From positions 1-23,885 of the forward strand of contig NW_021836510.1 in NCBI RefSeq assembly GCF_006345805.1: DNA of 23,885 nt. The letters run 5' to 3'. This DNA comes from Octopus sinensis (taxonomy: Eukaryota). A program made the translations under genes and the position numbers. The notes under the pieces are model-generated. The model did not search any database. It saw nothing but the letters and a program-made list of their open reading frames with translations, and was not told where the DNA came from. This document shows positions 20,468 to 23,885 of this stretch, in pieces. Every line of letters begins with the position of its first letter. Positions within the stretch are counted from its first letter, which is position 1.

Positions 20468-21304
20468 TAAAGGAATTTTGTTAATTCGTCGTTCAACTCC
20501 ATTCTTTCATTATTTGTATATATATATATATAATATATATATATTATATATATATATAAACACATATATATATATATGTATGTATATTTATGTGTTTGTT
20601 TATCCACTCACCATCGCTTGACAACTGATGTTGGTGTGTTTACACCTATGTTACTTAGTAGTTCGGCAAGGGATAGAATAAATACTAGGCTTACAAAGAA
20701 TGCGTCCTGGGGTCAGTTTCTTCTAGCCAGGACTATCCCATCTTCGACTGGTATCACTCTCACCAGTTCTTGAGGGCCTGTGAATGCCATACACCGCTCC
20801 TTCCTCCAGATACAGCAAGAAAAAGAAAAAAAGAAAAGTCAACGGACATAGGCATGGTGGTGTGGTATAAAATCCCGCCGTGCAGTTGAAAAGGGAGTAC
20901 CAGACTAGTGTTTATGCGGCCCTTTTTTCCCTCTTGTTGTCATATCTTGTTATTCTGCTGAGTTAAAGGATGGGCTGAAGTGCGACAGCTGAACATCGAG
21001 TGCGGCTACAGAGGCACTTGAAACATTTTATGTACCATTGTACACGTCACTGGGTTATAGATACTCGCGAGTAACAACTGTGGTCAGAATTACCATGAAT
21101 TAAGAGGGGAACTTTATCAATCAGGAAAGCTGGGGTCAGCAGAGTTATGCTTTGCATCGTTCATTGGCAAAGGTCCGGCTGGACTATTCCCTCTCGTTTT
21201 AGACTGCTCGCTAGAGTCTCGAGACCTTTGAACACTAACCTACAAGACAAGAAACAAATACTCACGGTCTCCCGTATGTTATCACTCAATATGTGCCAAT
21301 GATA

Positions 21305-21716
21305 GGCAGTGAGCTTGCAGAAGCGTTAGTACGCCGGGCAAAATGCTTTATATTCTGAGATCAAATCCCGCCGAGGTCGACTTTACCTTTCATACTTTCG
21401 GGGTCGATAAAATAAGTTCCAGTTGAACACTGTGGTTGAGGTTATTGGCTTATACCCTGTCTGAAGTTGTTGGCTTTCGGCCAAAATTTGAAATCAATAT
21501 ATGCCAATAATGCCTTCTACTTTTGGCACAAGGTGAGGGGGTCCAGTCGATGGCTTTGTCTACTGTGTTTGAATGGTACTTTATTTTATCGAACCGAAAA
21601 AATGAAAAGAAAAGTTTAGTCTGGTGGGTTTTGAACTCGGAACGTTATGAATAGGAAGAAATGTCGCTAAACATTTTTGTCCGATGCGCTAACGATTCGA
21701 ACAGCTCGCCGCCATT
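21305..21716. mobile_element. Tail-to-tail pair of family D SINEs: 21305-21497 (+) and 21507-21716 (-)
   Basis: ccgccgaggtcgactttacctttcatactttcggggtcgataaaataag, followed by a degraded reverse-complement copy. Confidence 0.75.
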
Positions 21717-23344
21717 AATAATGTTACGTAGACGAGTTTAGAAATCTAATTCAAGAATTTTACAAAATTATCAGATGCAACAACAGCGACCGGAAATGAT
21801 ATTTTACTAAAATGGCAGAATATTAAAACAGTATATTAGAAAAATAAAAGATTTGGTAACCTACTTCGTTATCAATAATTGATTTTGTTTTTCAGTAACC
21901 CCAAAGTCTATGGAACTAGTTATTTCCGTTGTCTGCAATTGTTATCGTCTAAACCACTCTAGATCAGCCATGATTGAGAACACTTACTGCCAATGGCGCT
22001 CCAACCGTGACTATTCCGTCTGTTTCCCGACCACAGAGCACCAAGGGCTACATCCAATATGTTCTTCTCAAAGATGGTAGGGTGTAAGTTGCGGAAGATT
22101 TTACAGTTATTTCTAGCAGTCTCGATGCTCCCCGTGAATGGCTCGGTTGGTGTCTGTAGTAATACTTGGAGAGAAAACAATTCTCTCCTTTAATAGTATG
22201 CAAGTCAACTGCAGTTAACTCTACAAGTAGATTCGATACGTAATACTTCCCAATTATAGTTGACACTCATTGCCTCCAACGAGATAAATTGGAGCAATAT
22301 ATAATCAAATGTTCTGTCCAGAGACAAACGAAACATTTGAAGTGAATTTGAAAGCGCCAACCATAAGATATTTAATTCACTACTATATCTAATCGGTTTT
22401 TCAAATTCAATATTACCGACAATGCTATGAACAAAATTTAACAAAAAACCAATAAAAGTCACATACAAACGTATATATTTGCTCGTGGGACAAGCAGTAA
22501 GCATTTAAAAGTGTCGCATTTTGATGGAGATCGAACGGGTTTAAACACTCACTTTTTTTTTTTAATATACTCAAAGGCAGAATAAATTACTGCTTCACTT
22601 GAACGGAAGTCGGTACTGCAGTATTTGTGTAGTGACTGTTTAAGTCATCCGAATAAAACAACCTAATTTCTTTTATTTATTTTTCGCTTTGTTTTGCTAA
22701 TGCTTTGCTCGAAGGTCTCAGCAAGCATCGACGCATCGTAGTTTTATTATTAGCGTTCGCTAGCACTTTAAAAGGAAAAATATTCACTTTATGAAATTAA
22801 AATCCTTCAACTCGCCTCTCACAAACTATTGTTGACAGCTGTTGTCGGCATTGCCGATTCCTTCTTTGAATCATGTGTACAATGGCCTGAATGAGCAGTA
22901 AGCTGTTAAATTTTTCTAGGCTTCTTTAGAAATAGGCATGCATATGCAACAATAAAAGACAATACCAGGAAGAACAATTTATTCAACTGAGTGTAATTTT
23001 TCGTTAATTGTACAAAAGGAAGCCAGTGGTTTTGAGGAATAGTAATACTGAAAGAATGACATTTTAATACGGTCCGCAAAACATCGATTTTGCCATTCTA
23101 AATAAAATGATTGGCAGATCTAACAAAAAATGGTGAATCTTTGAGGAATTGTTTTAAGTTTAACAAAGAACTTCACAAAGTACATTTGTTGTTGTTTTTC
23201 TTGTACAGCCCTAGGTCTGACCTGATCAAACAGACCAGTGATCAAAAATAATCCTGACATAACCACCACCCCCTGTCCTTTTTTGTATACTAGGAGCTAC
23301 GTTATCTAATGTGATTTTCTCTTGTTAAGACTGTTGGATGTGAT

Positions 23345-23389
23345 TTGAGGGAGAGTTTGGCAGCTATTTCTAGCTGGTCGAACGACTAC
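23345..23389 (-). repeat. Unclassified interspersed repeat, second copy at 4387-4430 (+)
   Basis: gtagtcgttcgaccagctagaaatagc (reverse complement) vs gtggtcattcgacgtggtagaaatagc. Confidence 0.55.
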
Positions 23390-23399
23390 ATAGAGACCC

Positions 23400-23565
23400 A
23401 CAGCCTTCCAACTGGTACTTAATTTATCGACCCCCGAAAGAATGAAAGGCAAAGTAATCTGTTTTAAATTTCTCAGTTATTAACCAAGAGAAAGTAAAGT
23501 TTATGTTTATGTTTTCCAGTTTCAGCTCTTGAGCTGTGGCCATGCTGGGGCACCGCCATTTGATG
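23400..23565 (-). mobile_element. SINE fragments (family D core about 23400-23458; B tail about 23490-23565)
   Basis: aactggtacttaatttatcgacccccgaaag and gtttcag...ggccatgctggggcaccgcc. Confidence 0.7.
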
Positions 23566-23785
23566 AAATGTATGAAAATGTATGAAAAGTATGAAAATAT
23601 TTTTTGTAATAAGAAAAAAAAAAATTTTGTTAATATCTGCAGATTCAGTTTTATTTTCGTATTTTTTTCTGTTCTTTTTTTTTTTGAGAATTGTCAACAA
23701 GAAATCTCATTCCACCACCCAAACCATACGATTCAATTATTGGCAGGAGATACTCGCTCGGGGATTTGATGCTATTGCAACATAT

Positions 23786-23885
23786 AGAAGAAGAAGAAGA
23801 AGAAGAAGAAGAAGAAGAAGAAGAAGAAGAAGGAGGAGGAGGAGGAGGAGGAGGAGGAGGAGAGTAGAAGAAGAAGAAGAAGAAT
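23786..23885. repeat. (GAA)n/(GAG)n polypurine tract
   Basis: Directly visible; runs to the window end. A shorter (GAA)n lies at 2472-2503. Confidence 0.95.

Larger units (their letters stand above)
19980..20519 (-). mobile_element. Non-autonomous miniature PLE derivative: two inverted hammerhead-bearing arms plus a ~147-nt extension, inserted in (TA)n
   Basis: Arms 20127-20310 and 20337-20519 are reverse complements (3 substitutions, 1 indel) around a 26-nt spacer. Sequences around the ribozyme and the extension resemble the 4719-7395 element. (TA)n on both sides. Confidence 0.8.
19733..20720 (+). mobile_element. Composite SINE split by the mini-PLE: A head 19733-19885, B body 20590-20720
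   Basis: Head and body are co-oriented and in the right order; microsatellite lies on both sides of the inserted 19980-20519 element. Confidence 0.65.

Overview
AT-rich, microsatellite-dense eukaryotic DNA made almost entirely of repeats. The SINE families look like those of octopus/coleoid cephalopods; this is from recall, not a search. I see no intact protein-coding gene, rRNA, tRNA gene or CRISPR array. One well-formed candidate internal exon lies at 2241-2373 (+), so the window may be largely intronic. The main element is a Penelope-like retroelement (about 4719-7395, +) encoding RT plus a C-terminal GIY-YIG endonuclease. It is bracketed by 214-215 bp inverted pseudo-LTRs, each holding a minimal type-I hammerhead ribozyme with an unusual CCGAAGA core. 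About 13 kb away, a ~540 bp ORF-less relative (about 19980-20519) consists of little more than two inverted hammerhead-bearing arms, one with an intact CUGAUGA core and one with a G5A change. Both elements sit in (TA)n tracts. Five of the six frameshifts in the long element are -1 shifts at short homopolymers, so it may be younger or more intact than it looks. Also present: a DD41D Tc1/mariner remnant split by a SINE, an RTE-type LINE 3' end with two C2H2 fingers, a short L1/Tx1-like fragment, Tigger-like and hAT-like MITEs, a Helitron-like element, more than 20 tRNA-derived SINE copies or fragments (one with a 58-bp target duplication), and many microsatellites. All alignments and folds were done by eye.
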